A model generated the notes under the pieces. That model was given only the letters and a program-made list of their open reading frames with translations, was not told the DNA's origin and searched no databases. From contig NZ_CBFIBE010000003.1 of the NCBI RefSeq assembly GCF_965660805.1, positions 37,030-101,029 on the forward strand: a stretch of DNA of 64,000 nt, given 5' to 3'. This document shows positions 38,263 through 48,163 of the stretch, one piece after another (within the stretch, counting starts at the first letter, position 1; each line of letters starts with the position of its first letter). The position numbers were made by a program, and so were the translations under genes. Source of the stretch: Nonlabens sp. Lineage in GTDB: Bacteria > Bacteroidota > Bacteroidia > Flavobacteriales > Flavobacteriaceae.

Positions 38263-39276
38263 ATGAATCCAAAGCCTACTTTAAAACAACTCGCCGAAAA
38301 ACTTCAACTGTCTACTTCTACCGTTTCCAAAGCACTTAAGGATAGTTCTGAAATAAGTGAAGACACTAAAACTAGAGTGAAGGAGCTGGCAAAGTTAATG
38401 GGTTATAGGCCTAATATTGCCGCTGCGTCTCTTAGAAATAGAGAAACTAGAACTATAGCTGTAGTGTTACCAGAGATTGTAAATGACTTCTTTGGCCAGG
38501 TTTTAATGGGGATAGAAGAAGAGGCTTCTTTACACAATTATAAAATTGTGATTTGTATTTCAAATGAGTCCTATAAAAAAGAAAGGGAATACATGGAAAT
38601 GTTTTCAAATGGTGCGGTAGATGGTTTTATTATCGCCGCTGCTATGGAGACTCAAGAACTAGGAGAATCAGATCATTATAATGATATTTTAAATTCTGGC
38701 TTAAAGCTAGTAATGTTTGACAGAGTTATAGAATCTGTAGATTGTGATAAAATTATAGTAGATGATGCCGCTTCAGGTGCTCGACTTGTAGATTTTTTAA
38801 AATATAGAGGCGATCGACATATATGTATAGCAACTACCATAGATAAATTAAGTGTAGGTAAATTAAGAGCGCAAGGGATAAATGAGCGCATAAAAAAGTT
38901 TGAAGAATTACAATCAACTATTGTTTCTCAAGAGGAAGATGCTGATTTCTCAAAGAATATAGAAGAGGTTTTAAAAAAGAAAACCATACAATCTGTCATA
39001 GCATTAGATCAGCGTGCTGGAATTATGACTTTAAACAAAGCACATGAGTTAGGGATTCAAGTTCCTAAAGAGCTACAAATTATATCATATTCTAATAGTA
39101 CTCTTGCAAAATACTCTTTCCCTCAATTAACTATAGTAGATCAGCACTCACGTGATCTAGGTAAAAAAACATTTACTAGAATACTGAATCTTTTAAAAAA
39201 TAAAGATGAAGTTCAGGTAACACGAGTACACACTTTAAAAACATCACTCGTGGAGCGAGGAACTACTAGAAAATAA
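38263..39276 (+). CDS. LacI family transcriptional regulator
   Basis: TLKQLAEKLQLSTSTVSKAL HTH, YRPN, VMFDR, LTIVDQ. Confidence 0.93.
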   Translation: MNPKPTLKQLAEKLQLSTSTVSKALKDSSEISEDTKTRVKELAKLMGYRPNIAAASLRNRETRTIAVVLPEIVNDFFGQVLMGIEEEASLHNYKIVICISNESYKKEREYMEMFSNGAVDGFIIAAAMETQELGESDHYNDILNSGLKLVMFDRVIESVDCDKIIVDDAASGARLVDFLKYRGDRHICIATTIDKLSVGKLRAQGINERIKKFEELQSTIVSQEEDADFSKNIEEVLKKKTIQSVIALDQRAGIMTLNKAHELGIQVPKELQIISYSNSTLAKYSFPQLTIVDQHSRDLGKKTFTRILNLLKNKDEVQVTRVHTLKTSLVERGTTRK

Positions 39277-39306
39277 AAAAGTCTCCTAGAAAACTAAGAG
39301 ACTTTT
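39277..39306. terminator. Bidirectional terminator between lacI and tRNA-Met
   Basis: AAAAGTCTC-ctagaaaactaa-GAGACTTTT. Confidence 0.7.
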
Positions 39307-39308
39307 AG

Positions 39309-39382
39309 TAGCGTGGGGCGGGCACGATCCGCCGACCTCAGCATTATGAATGCTGCGCTCTAACCAGCTGAGCTACCACGCC
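39309..39382 (-). tRNA. tRNA-Met(CAT), elongator type (Ile2 not excluded), non-canonical T-loop; CCA not encoded
   Basis: GGCGTGG/CCACGCT acceptor, CAGCA-TTCATAA-TGCTG anticodon arm, GGCGG-ATCGTGC-CCGCC T-arm. It lacks the initiator C1:A72 and GGG/CCC features. Confidence 0.9.
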
Positions 39383-39411
39383 GTTTTTAAGCACATATAC
39401 TTAAGCGGCTG

Positions 39412-39419
39412 CAAATATA
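39412..39419 (-). promoter_or_regulatory. -7 promoter box of tRNA-Met
   Basis: TATATTTG on the minus strand. Confidence 0.7.
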
Positions 39420-39526
39420 TACTTATTTCTAGATTTAAACCAAATGAATTTCTCTTAATATTTTTATCTTTTTCATTTTTCCTTTTAACAATTAATCTAC
39501 TATATTGCCATCAAAGTTAATTTACC

Positions 39527-39916
39527 ATGCAAGAACCTATTAAATTTAACCTGGAGTTTCCTATTCACGTATCACCAGCTTTACTGTATCAATACATAGC
39601 AACTCCTTCTGGAATGTCTGAGTGGTTTGCAGAAAACGTAAATAGTAGAGGTGAATACTTTAGATTTATCTGGGATGGTTCAGAAGAAAAAGCAAAAATA
39701 GTGAAGCGAGTTAGTGGCGAGCGTGCGCGTTTTCAATGGGATTATGATGAGGACACTAAAAAGTTTTTTGAAATGAATATCCAGGTAGATGAAATTACTA
39801 AAGATGTTTCTTTAATCATTACAGATTTTGGTGATGATGATGATGAAGTAGAGGATCAAAAAATGTTTTGGGAAAACCAAATTAGTGAGTTAAAAAAAGT
39901 ACTAGGTTCTAGTTAA
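39527..39916 (+). CDS. START-like (SRPBCC) domain protein
   Basis: TPSGMSEWFAENV, F.FIWDGSEE.A, L.ITDF, W..QI..LKK.LG. Confidence 0.85.
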   Translation: MQEPIKFNLEFPIHVSPALLYQYIATPSGMSEWFAENVNSRGEYFRFIWDGSEEKAKIVKRVSGERARFQWDYDEDTKKFFEMNIQVDEITKDVSLIITDFGDDDDEVEDQKMFWENQISELKKVLGSS

Positions 39917-39940
39917 ACCTAATTTCTATACCTAATTTTG

Positions 39941-39967
39941 AGCCCTGAACTAAACAGGGCTTTTTTT
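39941..39967 (+). terminator. Terminator-like hairpin directly before the aminotransferase start
   Basis: AGCCCTG-aactaaa-CAGGGCT followed by a T-run. Confidence 0.6.
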
Positions 39968-40804
39968 ATGGTAAATATTGATGGAGTTTTAAAAAAAAGT
40001 GATCATGCTGTTATCGCTTATGATAACAGAGGAACTTTTTATGGAGATGGTATTTTTGAAACATTGAGATGTTTTAATGGAAAACCGCTGCTATTTGAAG
40101 CGCATTACTTCAGACTCATGGCAGGAATGCGCATTTTAAGAATGAATATTCCTGATTCTTTTACTCCTGAGTTCATAGAGCAATCTATGATAGATTTACT
40201 CGCTCAAAATAATTTAGATCACCACCATGCTAGAATAAGATTTACGGTATGGCGCAGTTCTGGTGGTTTTTATTCACCATTAGATAATAATGTTCATTAT
40301 AGTATTCAGGCTACTAAGGTGGAGGACCATTTCATAAATGAAAACATAAGAGAAGCAGAATTATTCAAAGATCATTATGTTTTATCTGGTTTATTAAGTA
40401 TTATTAAGTCTAATAATAAAATCGTTAATGTTCTTGCCGGTAGGTTTGCGCTAGATAATGGCTACCAAGAAATGTTTTTGATAAATGAAAATAAAATGAT
40501 AGCCGAAGGTATTTCTGGCAACCTTTTTATAAGAACTGGAGATAAAGTAAAAACGCCACCTGTACTTGATGGGTGTCTTAATGGTATCATGAGGGAACAA
40601 GTTATCCAGCAATTAAAACGTATGCTTAATTATGAAATTGTAGAAGAGACCGTTACTCCTTTTGAATTACAGCGTGCTGATGAAATCTTTACCACTAACG
40701 TAATTAAAGGAATTCAAAGTATTTCTAAATATAGAAAAAAGGAATTTACAAAAGAACTAGCTACTGAATTACTAGAAATATTTAATGATAAATTTTTCAA
40801 CTAA
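39968..40804 (+). CDS. Class IV aminotransferase, aminodeoxychorismate lyase-like
   Basis: NRG..YGDGIFETLR, HYFRL, EG.SGNLF, GCLNGIMR. ATG 39968 is preferred over the track start at 39938. Confidence 0.88.
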   Translation: MVNIDGVLKKSDHAVIAYDNRGTFYGDGIFETLRCFNGKPLLFEAHYFRLMAGMRILRMNIPDSFTPEFIEQSMIDLLAQNNLDHHHARIRFTVWRSSGGFYSPLDNNVHYSIQATKVEDHFINENIREAELFKDHYVLSGLLSIIKSNNKIVNVLAGRFALDNGYQEMFLINENKMIAEGISGNLFIRTGDKVKTPPVLDGCLNGIMREQVIQQLKRMLNYEIVEETVTPFELQRADEIFTTNVIKGIQSISKYRKKEFTKELATELLEIFNDKFFN

Positions 40805-41361
40805 TTATCAGATGGGTTTTCGGGAGCGTTAGACCATAGTTTATAATTTCCGCCTAGTTTTATCATTTCATTTTTCCACAAGTCTTTAATTTTTTCAGTT
40901 AACACAAATTCAGGACTTGGGCTCTTCTTAATTACCCATGAATTTTCTTTAATTTCCTGACTTAGCTGATTTTTGTGCCATCCAGAATACCCTAAAAAGA
41001 ATTTTATGCCTTTACCAGTGATGATTTCCTTTTGTATCAATTCATGAACTGTATAAAAATCACCGCCCCAATAAATATCATTTACAATTAAATGAGAGTC
41101 TGGAATTAAATCAGGAATGGAGTGCAGGAAGTAAAGGTTATCCATATCTACAGGACCACCTTGATAAATAGGTATTTCTAGTTCTATTTCTGGAATGAGG
41201 TCTTTAAGTGTGTATTCTAAAGGTTTGTTTAAAATAAACCCTACAACACCATCTTCATTATATTCTGTGAGTAATACAACAGATCTAGAGAACGATTGAT
41301 CTCCTATAATATTAGGTTCTGAGATTAATAAGTCTCCTTTATGTATATCAAGAGATTTCAT
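40801..41361 (-). CDS. YqgE/AlgH family protein
   Basis: F.RSVVLL, GFILNKP, YQGGPV, FFLGYSGW...QL..E. Confidence 0.92.
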   Translation of the reverse strand: MKSLDIHKGDLLISEPNIIGDQSFSRSVVLLTEYNEDGVVGFILNKPLEYTLKDLIPEIELEIPIYQGGPVDMDNLYFLHSIPDLIPDSHLIVNDIYWGGDFYTVHELIQKEIITGKGIKFFLGYSGWHKNQLSQEIKENSWVIKKSPSPEFVLTEKIKDLWKNEMIKLGGNYKLWSNAPENPSDN

Positions 41362-41466
41362 GTATTTAATTAACTCATTAAACTTATAAAATTTAATTTA
41401 TTAATTACTGAATTTGTTGAAATAAACCTACAAAATATTAGTATTCCTAAAATAGGAGTAATAAAA

Positions 41467-41492
41467 AACCCGATTCTTTAAAGAATCGGGTT
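41467..41492 (-). terminator. Terminator of the HU gene
   Basis: Perfect 26-bp palindrome AACCCGATTCTTTAAAGAATCGGGTT with a U-run on the minus strand. Confidence 0.82.
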
Positions 41493-41516
41493 CAATACTT
41501 TACTTAAATACAGTAA

Positions 41517-41789
41517 TTAGTTTACAGCTTTTTGTAAATCACTACCTGCTTTAAATTTCACTACATTTTTAGCAGCGATTTTGATAGTTTTACCAGTCTG
41601 TGGGTTTCTACCTTCACGAGCAGCTCTTTTAGATACTGAGAAAGATCCAAATCCTACAAGAGAAATTCTATCTCCTTTTTTAAGACTACCTTCTACGTTA
41701 CCTAAGAAAGATTCTAGCGCTTTTTTTGCTGCTGCTTTTGAAATACCAGCATGCTCTGCCATTCCTTCGATTAAATCTGTTTTGTTCAT
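41517..41789 (-). CDS. hup: DNA-binding protein HU
   Basis: MNKTDLI, LVGFGSF, AAREGRNPQTG, KFKAG. Confidence 0.97.
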   Translation of the reverse strand: MNKTDLIEGMAEHAGISKAAAKKALESFLGNVEGSLKKGDRISLVGFGSFSVSKRAAREGRNPQTGKTIKIAAKNVVKFKAGSDLQKAVN

Positions 41790-41942
41790 AATTGAAATTA
41801 AATTAATGTTGGTTAAACTAAAACGTTGAACAAATTTATAAGGAATATGCTACCACGCAAGGATTAGAGCCATAAATGAAGAAATTTGTTTATAACAATA
41901 CAGGATTGTTAATAACTTGATCTGTTTCGATTCATTTTTGCC

Positions 41943-42896
41943 TTATCCTTTGTCAAATCTGGCGTTGTCATGGAATTTAAAACCGTTCAAAAGACTTTTT
42001 GCCTCCATACGTTTTTTATTGGGTAACTGTAATTCTATAATTTGTATAAAACCGTTAAGGCCGGCTACTTTTATAGTATCATCTTCTATAATAATGGAAC
42101 CAGGTTGCATAGTGTGTTTTTTTATCTCTATGGCAGTTTTATAGATTTTAATAGTTTCAGGTTGCTCTTGAATCAGTACCGCTTTTGCCACGGGATAAGG
42201 ATATAAGCCTCTTACTAGTGCGTCTATATGTTCTACTTTATTGTTCCACTTAATGGTCGTATTAGAACTATTTAGTTTAGGAGCTTCTTTTAATGTAGAG
42301 CTATGGGGTTGTTTTTTTGTACTTATTATCCCTGCGGCAATGTCATTTACCGTTTTTAATGATAACTCGCTACCTAGTAACATGAGCTTACCATATAAAC
42401 TACCCACGTTTTCATCCTTGTCTATAGGACAATTCAGTTGGTCTATAATTGCGCCTGTGTCAATTTTATCATCTATAAAAAAAGTAGTTACTCCTGTTTG
42501 TGTTTCTCTATTAATAATAGCCCAATTAATAGGAGCTGCACCTCTATATTCTGGCAGTAAGCTTGCATGTAAATTAAACGTTCCTAGTTCAGGCATGTTC
42601 CATACTACTTTAGGTAACATTCTGAATGCCACGATTACCTGTAAGTCTGCTCCATAGCTTTTTAATTCTTCAAGAAACTCTGGAGCTTTTAAATTAGGTG
42701 GTTGTAAAACAGGAATATTTTGTGCTAGCGCATATTTCTTTACGTGACTTTCATTAATTTTTCTACCACGTCCAGCTGGTTTATCAACTGCTGTAACTAC
42801 AGCTACTACCTCATGTTGAGAATGATGTAATTTTTCTAATACACCTGTTGCAAACTCAGGTGTGCCAAAGAATATGATTTTTAATATTCTATTCAT
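41943..42896 (-). CDS. fmt: Methionyl-tRNA formyltransferase
   Basis: FFGTPEFA, DKPAGRG, NLHASLLPEYRGAAPINWA. Confidence 0.97.
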   Translation of the reverse strand: MNRILKIIFFGTPEFATGVLEKLHHSQHEVVAVVTAVDKPAGRGRKINESHVKKYALAQNIPVLQPPNLKAPEFLEELKSYGADLQVIVAFRMLPKVVWNMPELGTFNLHASLLPEYRGAAPINWAIINRETQTGVTTFFIDDKIDTGAIIDQLNCPIDKDENVGSLYGKLMLLGSELSLKTVNDIAAGIISTKKQPHSSTLKEAPKLNSSNTTIKWNNKVEHIDALVRGLYPYPVAKAVLIQEQPETIKIYKTAIEIKKHTMQPGSIIIEDDTIKVAGLNGFIQIIELQLPNKKRMEAKSLLNGFKFHDNARFDKG

Positions 42897-44775
42897 TCCA
42901 TGTATATTTTTGATTAGGCATTAATCTCACTAGTCCACGGTCTAGTAAATCTTTAAGAGTATTAATGACTTGTGATTGTTCCTTTTCAGGATGTAAAGAT
43001 GCAATTTCCTTAACGCTTAAGTCTGAATCCTGTAGTGCATTTTTTATTATTAAACTTAAGTTTCCTCTCTTTGTTGTTTTATTGCAATGTGTACATTTCC
43101 CGCAAGGATTAGATTCCTCTCCAAAGTATTTTAAAATCAGCACGTTAATACACTCTTCTTTTTGAGAGATAAGATCGCATATCAACTTGAGCTTCTCTTT
43201 TTTTACTTGATTTTGTTGTTTTAATGTTTTAGCAAAACGGTTGATTGTTCGATCATCATCACGCGGTTCGAGAAAAGTAATTTGAGTATCAGCATTAACG
43301 ATCTGTGCGTCTATAAGTTCCTTTTCTTCAAGGAATTTAAGAGTCTCCAGTACTTCGTTTTCTGTGGTATTACTGCGCAAAGCGATGATAGAACTATTAA
43401 TCTCTAAGTTTTGGTATGTACTACTGCCATAGGTGCGCAGTATAGATTGTATGATGGAGTTCATAGCAGGACGATTGTGTATGAACTCGAGAATTTTTTT
43501 TCCGCTTTCGCGAAAGCGTATACTTGATTTCCTGTGGTAATTTTGCGATAAGCTTATGATACTAAATCGGTCTAGCGTGAGTAGCACATTATAACAAAGA
43601 ACACCATTAATAGAGTAGGTGCTGGCAAAACTGGCAAAACTCAACTGATGGCTTGTGTTTTCTCCTTCACCCATTGCTATGCGTAAATAATTATTCAATT
43701 TACGGTACACATATTTAACTTGCTCAGTAGTGGCAAGAGATTTAATAAACTGATTTTGAGCATGTATAATATCGTTTATGTTATAGAAAAACTGAGCAAT
43801 ACTTTCTTTACCATCTCTACCAGCACGGCCTGTTTCTTGATAATAACTCTCTATACTGTCGGGCAGTTGTAAATGAGTAACTGTGCGCACATCAGGTTTA
43901 TCTATTCCCATACCAAATGCGTTTGTAGCTACCATCACCTGAGTATCATTTTCCATCCATGATTGAGCGGCTTTTACTTTAGTCTTGTGAGGTAAGCCTC
44001 CATGGTAAAAGTTAGAGGAAATACCATTTACCGTTAGTAACCTTGAATAGTTAACAGCATTCTTACGACTTCTTACATACGTGATTGAACTGCCTGTATG
44101 TTTTTTATAGAACTCTGTATAACTGCTGTTTTTATCTTCTGTATCTGTGATGTAATAGCTTATATTAGGTCTCAAATAACTGTTTTTAAAAACTTGATGA
44201 TTTACCAGCTCCAGATTTTCTATCATATCTTTTTGAACATCAAGTGTTGCAGTAGCAGTAACTGCAATTATAGGTGTAGCTTTATGAATTTTGCGTAGTA
44301 CTTTAATATCTCTGTATGCCGGTCTGAAATCATGTCCCCACTGGCTCACACAGTGTGCCTCATCTACAGCTATTAAGGACACCTTCATTCTAGCGATACG
44401 TTCTTGAACAAGACTTTGTTGTAGTCGTTCTGGACTTAGGTATAAGAATTGATACTGACCATAAATACAATTATCCAGTATATCATCGAGTTCTTGATAA
44501 GTGATACCACCAGTGATGCCTGTTGCTTTTATTCCTTTAGATTTTAAAGTGTTTACTTGATCTTTTATAAGCGCAACTAGTGGAGAAACAACAACGCAAA
44601 TTCCTTCTCGTACTAAACCTGGAATTTGATAACACAAGGATTTACCACCACCTGTAGGTAATAGAGCAAGAACATCATTACCTTCTATAACAGCATCTAT
44701 AATGGCTTCTTGCTGCGGTCTAAACGCGTTATAGCCAAAGGTGTTTTGTAATATATGTTTTGCTCCTGGATTCAA
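42889..44775 (-). CDS. recQ: RecQ family ATP-dependent DNA helicase
   Basis: PTGGGKSLCYQ, DEAHCVSQWGHDFRP, ATNAFGMGIDK, YYQETGRAGRDG, C-terminal Zn-binding cysteines. Confidence 0.92.
   Translation of the reverse strand: MNPGAKHILQNTFGYNAFRPQQEAIIDAVIEGNDVLALLPTGGGKSLCYQIPGLVREGICVVVSPLVALIKDQVNTLKSKGIKATGITGGITYQELDDILDNCIYGQYQFLYLSPERLQQSLVQERIARMKVSLIAVDEAHCVSQWGHDFRPAYRDIKVLRKIHKATPIIAVTATATLDVQKDMIENLELVNHQVFKNSYLRPNISYYITDTEDKNSSYTEFYKKHTGSSITYVRSRKNAVNYSRLLTVNGISSNFYHGGLPHKTKVKAAQSWMENDTQVMVATNAFGMGIDKPDVRTVTHLQLPDSIESYYQETGRAGRDGKESIAQFFYNINDIIHAQNQFIKSLATTEQVKYVYRKLNNYLRIAMGEGENTSHQLSFASFASTYSINGVLCYNVLLTLDRFSIISLSQNYHRKSSIRFRESGKKILEFIHNRPAMNSIIQSILRTYGSSTYQNLEINSSIIALRSNTTENEVLETLKFLEEKELIDAQIVNADTQITFLEPRDDDRTINRFAKTLKQQNQVKKEKLKLICDLISQKEECINVLILKYFGEESNPCGKCTHCNKTTKRGNLSLIIKNALQDSDLSVKEIASLHPEKEQSQVINTLKDLLDRGLVRLMPNQKYTWNE
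43503..43518. repeat. 16-bp palindrome copy 12, perfect, in recQ, read as RFRES
   Basis: ...RKSSI-RFRES-GKKIL... Confidence 0.97.
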
Positions 44776-45305
44776 TCTTTTATTTGATTATTTAAAAAAG
44801 TAAATCGCTCTTCTATGGCGCCTACTGGTATTTCAATAGGGTTGTAATTAAATTTACGATAGTAGTTAATAAGAATATCACTTATTTGAACAGCCTGCTC
44901 AAAAGTTTCATACCGTTCATTATCAGATTCATATATTTCCTTCCATGGTGGTAAATAAAATACCATATCATATTCATGTTCCTGGCAAGCAGTGATATAT
45001 TCAGCAGGGATAGGGTCACCCGTAAATAAGTGATATGCCGGTACATCTGGAATACCACGATCATAAAAATTCAAGCCGTTAATGGCATTTTTAAACTGTG
45101 CTATTCTTCCAGCAAGTAAATTATTGCTAAACGCCATAGGGTCTGTAAGGAATAGTTGATCGATTCCTTTTTCTTGAGCCTCTTTAATAACCTCTCTTGA
45201 GATTTCATGATGAACTAGTAATCCTTGTGATTCTATATATTTGATAAGGGTAGTTTTACCTGATCCAGGTCCACCTATTAATAAAATTCTTTTTATACCT
45301 TTCAT
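44772..45305 (-). CDS. AAA_28 (NadR/Ttd14-like) P-loop NTPase/kinase
   Basis: GGPGSGKTT, YDRGIPD, PW.EIY..D.ER.E. Confidence 0.82.
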   Translation of the reverse strand: MKGIKRILLIGGPGSGKTTLIKYIESQGLLVHHEISREVIKEAQEKGIDQLFLTDPMAFSNNLLAGRIAQFKNAINGLNFYDRGIPDVPAYHLFTGDPIPAEYITACQEHEYDMVFYLPPWKEIYESDNERYETFEQAVQISDILINYYRKFNYNPIEIPVGAIEERFTFLNNQIKD

Positions 45306-45357
45306 AACAGTTACAAAATAACTAAAATCAAATGTAGTTCAAGCTTAATTCATGACT

Positions 45358-45365
45358 TATATTTG
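45358..45365 (+). promoter_or_regulatory. -7 promoter box of the DUF493 gene
   Basis: TATATTTG 14 nt upstream of the ATG. Confidence 0.6.
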
Positions 45366-45379
45366 TATTCTTTTATTTT

Positions 45380-45667
45380 ATGGATCCAAAAAAATCTCAG
45401 GACTTTTATAAAAAGCTTAAATCACAGCTGGAGGAAACTAGTACGTGGCCTAGTAAGTATTTATATAAATTTATAGTACCATCACAGCCACAAAAAATAG
45501 CACAAATAGAGACTATATTTAATGGTTTAGGTGCTGTTATTGTTACTAAGGAATCAAGTAAAGGTACATATACTAGTGTTTCTATAACGGTAATTATGAA
45601 ATCACCAGATGCCGTTATTGAAAAGTATAAAGAGGTAGGTACTATAGAAGGAGTGATCTCGCTATAA
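45380..45667 (+). CDS. DUF493 (YbeD-like) protein
   Basis: WPSKYLYKFIVP, SSKGTYTSVS. Confidence 0.85.
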   Translation: MDPKKSQDFYKKLKSQLEETSTWPSKYLYKFIVPSQPQKIAQIETIFNGLGAVIVTKESSKGTYTSVSITVIMKSPDAVIEKYKEVGTIEGVISL

Positions 45668-45904
45668 ACGTTACCTAGATGGGCTTACTAAAATTAATGA
45701 TTCTATATGAAAAAAGATGTCAGTGAGTTAGTATAAATACTGCTCTTTTAACGAGATGTCACATTAAAGCGTCGATAAACTCTCGATTATTATAAGGAAA
45801 AAATAGGTGCAAAGAAATAACACTTATACAAGTAAAATTTAAAATAGATTGTTTGCTGTAAATTGTTTAATTTGCAGCTCTTCACAAGTAATTAAAAAAT
45901 CATA

Positions 45905-46573
45905 TTGGTACCATCATTAGAATATAACACAGAGCGTAATCATCTCAACATTCCTGAATATGGAAGGCATATTCAAAAATTAGTAGAGCACTGTAAAGAA
46001 CTCAAAACTAAAGAAGAACGTAATCGCATGGCCACTGCTATAGTAGGAGTTATGGGAAACCTTAATCCACACTTACGTGATGTGGCAGATTTCCAGCACA
46101 AGCTATGGGATCAGTTGTTTATCATTGCAGATTTTGACCTAGATGTAGATTCTCCTTATCCTATGCCAGATAAGGAACTACTTGCAGCAGCGCCAGAACG
46201 CATGCCTTACCCACAAAAACGACCTAAATACCGTTTTTATGGAAATAATATTCAAAATATGATTAATGTGGCATTGAGCTGGGAAAAAGGCGAGAAACGA
46301 GAAGCTCTTACTTTTATCATAGCAAATCACATGAAAAAATCCTTCCTCAATTGGAACAAAGATTCAGTAGATGATAATGTGATTTTTAAGCACCTGTTTG
46401 AGATGAGTGGTGGAGAGATTAATCTCGCTGCAAAAGATGAGGACTTACTAGATTCAAAATCATTAATCCATAGAACAATAGGTCGTCGAGATCATAGTAC
46501 AAACCCTAGACGTAATAATAATAATAAGCGCCATTATAAATCTAATAATCGCAACCATAAACGCTCTAGGTAG
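45905..46573 (+). CDS. DUF4290 family protein
   Basis: LEYNTER..L.IPEYGR.IQ, KLWD.LFI, ANHMKK; TTG start. Confidence 0.85.
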   Translation: MVPSLEYNTERNHLNIPEYGRHIQKLVEHCKELKTKEERNRMATAIVGVMGNLNPHLRDVADFQHKLWDQLFIIADFDLDVDSPYPMPDKELLAAAPERMPYPQKRPKYRFYGNNIQNMINVALSWEKGEKREALTFIIANHMKKSFLNWNKDSVDDNVIFKHLFEMSGGEINLAAKDEDLLDSKSLIHRTIGRRDHSTNPRRNNNNKRHYKSNNRNHKRSR

Positions 46574-46589
46574 TGATTACTTTACTAAG

Positions 46590-46620
46590 AAAAAAAGCAG
46601 TCTTTCAGGCTGCTTTTTTT
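46590..46620 (+). terminator. Intrinsic terminator
   Basis: AAAAAAAGCAGTCT-ttc-AGGCTGCTTTTTTT. Confidence 0.8.
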
Positions 46621-46722
46621 AGTTAACAGTTTTTGTTAATTAATTATGAATAGATATTTAGATAATATTATAATGGCTGCGTTCTTAACTCTTACTTTTA
46701 GAGTTGTAATTATTATTTAGAA

Positions 46723-48033
46723 ATGGGAACATTTATTATAGAAGGTGGACATCAATTAAAAGGTGAAATTCAACCACAAGGAGCTAAGAATGAGGCATTA
46801 CAAATATTGTGTGCCGTATTATTAACAGAGGAACCTGTTACCATTAATAACGTTCCAGACATTATAGACGTTAATAAACTTATAGCTTTATTAAACAATC
46901 TAGGTGTAAAGGTCACAAAAAATGGTCCAGAGTCCTATACTTTTCAGGCAGACCAAGTAGATCTTGATTTTCTTCAATCCGAAGATTATAAAGTACAAGG
47001 TCGTGGTTTAAGAGGATCTATTATGTTAGTAGGACCATTATTAGCCCGGTTTGGTAAAGGTTATATCCCACGTCCTGGTGGAGATAAAATAGGTCGTAGA
47101 AGATTAGATACACACTTTGAAGGATTTATTAAACTAGGAGCAAATTTTAGATATAACAAAGAAGAGTATTTCTATGGTGTTGAAGCAGATGAACTCCATG
47201 GAACTTACATGTTACTGGATGAGGCATCTGTTACTGGAACGGCAAACATAGTTATGGCTGCGGTCATGGCTACTGGAGAAACCACCATTTATAATGCCGC
47301 CTGTGAACCTTATTTACAGCAATTATGTAAAATGCTCGTGCGCATGGGAGCTGACATTAAAGGAATAGGTTCTAATATGTTAACCATTAATGGAGTAAAA
47401 AAATTAGGTGGAACAACTCATACCATCTTACCAGATATGATTGAGATAGGTAGCTGGATAGGTCTTGCTGCCATGACTAAAAGTGAGGTGACTATTAAAA
47501 ATGTAGCTTATGATGAGCTAGGAGTTATACCAGATACTTTTAGAAAATTAGGAATTTCCATAGAACGTAAAGGAGATGATATTTTCATTCCTGCCCATAA
47601 AGATGGGTACGAGATTCAAAACTATATAGACGGTTCCATACTCACCATTGCCGATGCGCCATGGCCTGGATTCACTCCTGATTTATTAAGTATTATTCTA
47701 GTAGTAGCTACTCAAGCTAGAGGTAGTGTGCTTATTCATCAAAAAATGTTTGAAAGCCGCCTTTTCTTTGTAGATAAACTTATCGATATGGGAGCAAAAA
47801 TTATACTTTGTGATCCTCATAGAGCAAGTGTCATAGGTCACGATTTCCAGTCTATTTTAAAAGCTACTACCATGACTTCTCCAGACATACGTGCTGGGAT
47901 CTCATTATTAATCGCTGCTTTAAGTGCCAAAGGAACTAGCACAATACACAATATAGAACAGATCGATCGTGGTTACCAAAATATAGACACACGATTAAAA
48001 AAAATAGGGGCAAAGATCGAGCGACTGGCTTAA
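46723..48033 (+). CDS. murA: UDP-N-acetylglucosamine 1-carboxyvinyltransferase, Asp-type active site
   Basis: GAKNE, PGGDKIGRRRLDTH (Cys replaced by Asp), ASVTGTAN, SPDIRAG, IDRGY. Confidence 0.97.
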   Translation: MGTFIIEGGHQLKGEIQPQGAKNEALQILCAVLLTEEPVTINNVPDIIDVNKLIALLNNLGVKVTKNGPESYTFQADQVDLDFLQSEDYKVQGRGLRGSIMLVGPLLARFGKGYIPRPGGDKIGRRRLDTHFEGFIKLGANFRYNKEEYFYGVEADELHGTYMLLDEASVTGTANIVMAAVMATGETTIYNAACEPYLQQLCKMLVRMGADIKGIGSNMLTINGVKKLGGTTHTILPDMIEIGSWIGLAAMTKSEVTIKNVAYDELGVIPDTFRKLGISIERKGDDIFIPAHKDGYEIQNYIDGSILTIADAPWPGFTPDLLSIILVVATQARGSVLIHQKMFESRLFFVDKLIDMGAKIILCDPHRASVIGHDFQSILKATTMTSPDIRAGISLLIAALSAKGTSTIHNIEQIDRGYQNIDTRLKKIGAKIERLA

Positions 48034-48054
48034 ATTTGTTGGTCTGTTAAAACT

Positions 48055-48097
48055 GGTTTAATTACGCTTTCGCATAAGCATAATTAAACCTTTTTTT
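48055..48097 (+). terminator. murA terminator hairpin containing a degenerate palindrome copy
   Basis: GGTTTAATTACGCTT-tcgcat-AAGCATAATTAAACC followed by T7. Confidence 0.7.
48065..48080. repeat. 16-bp palindrome copy 13, three mismatches, intergenic
   Basis: CGCTTTCGCATAAGCA. Confidence 0.6.
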
Positions 48098-48163
48098 ATG
48101 AATAAAGTCTTAATTAAGTCTAAAAACCATTGATTTAGGCAAGACTTTTGCTAGTTTTAAACT

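Noticed and set aside
48102-48114. 13-bp reverse match (ATTAAGACTTTAT) to the mini-element interior
   Set aside because: Short, AT-rich and without the terminal repeat.
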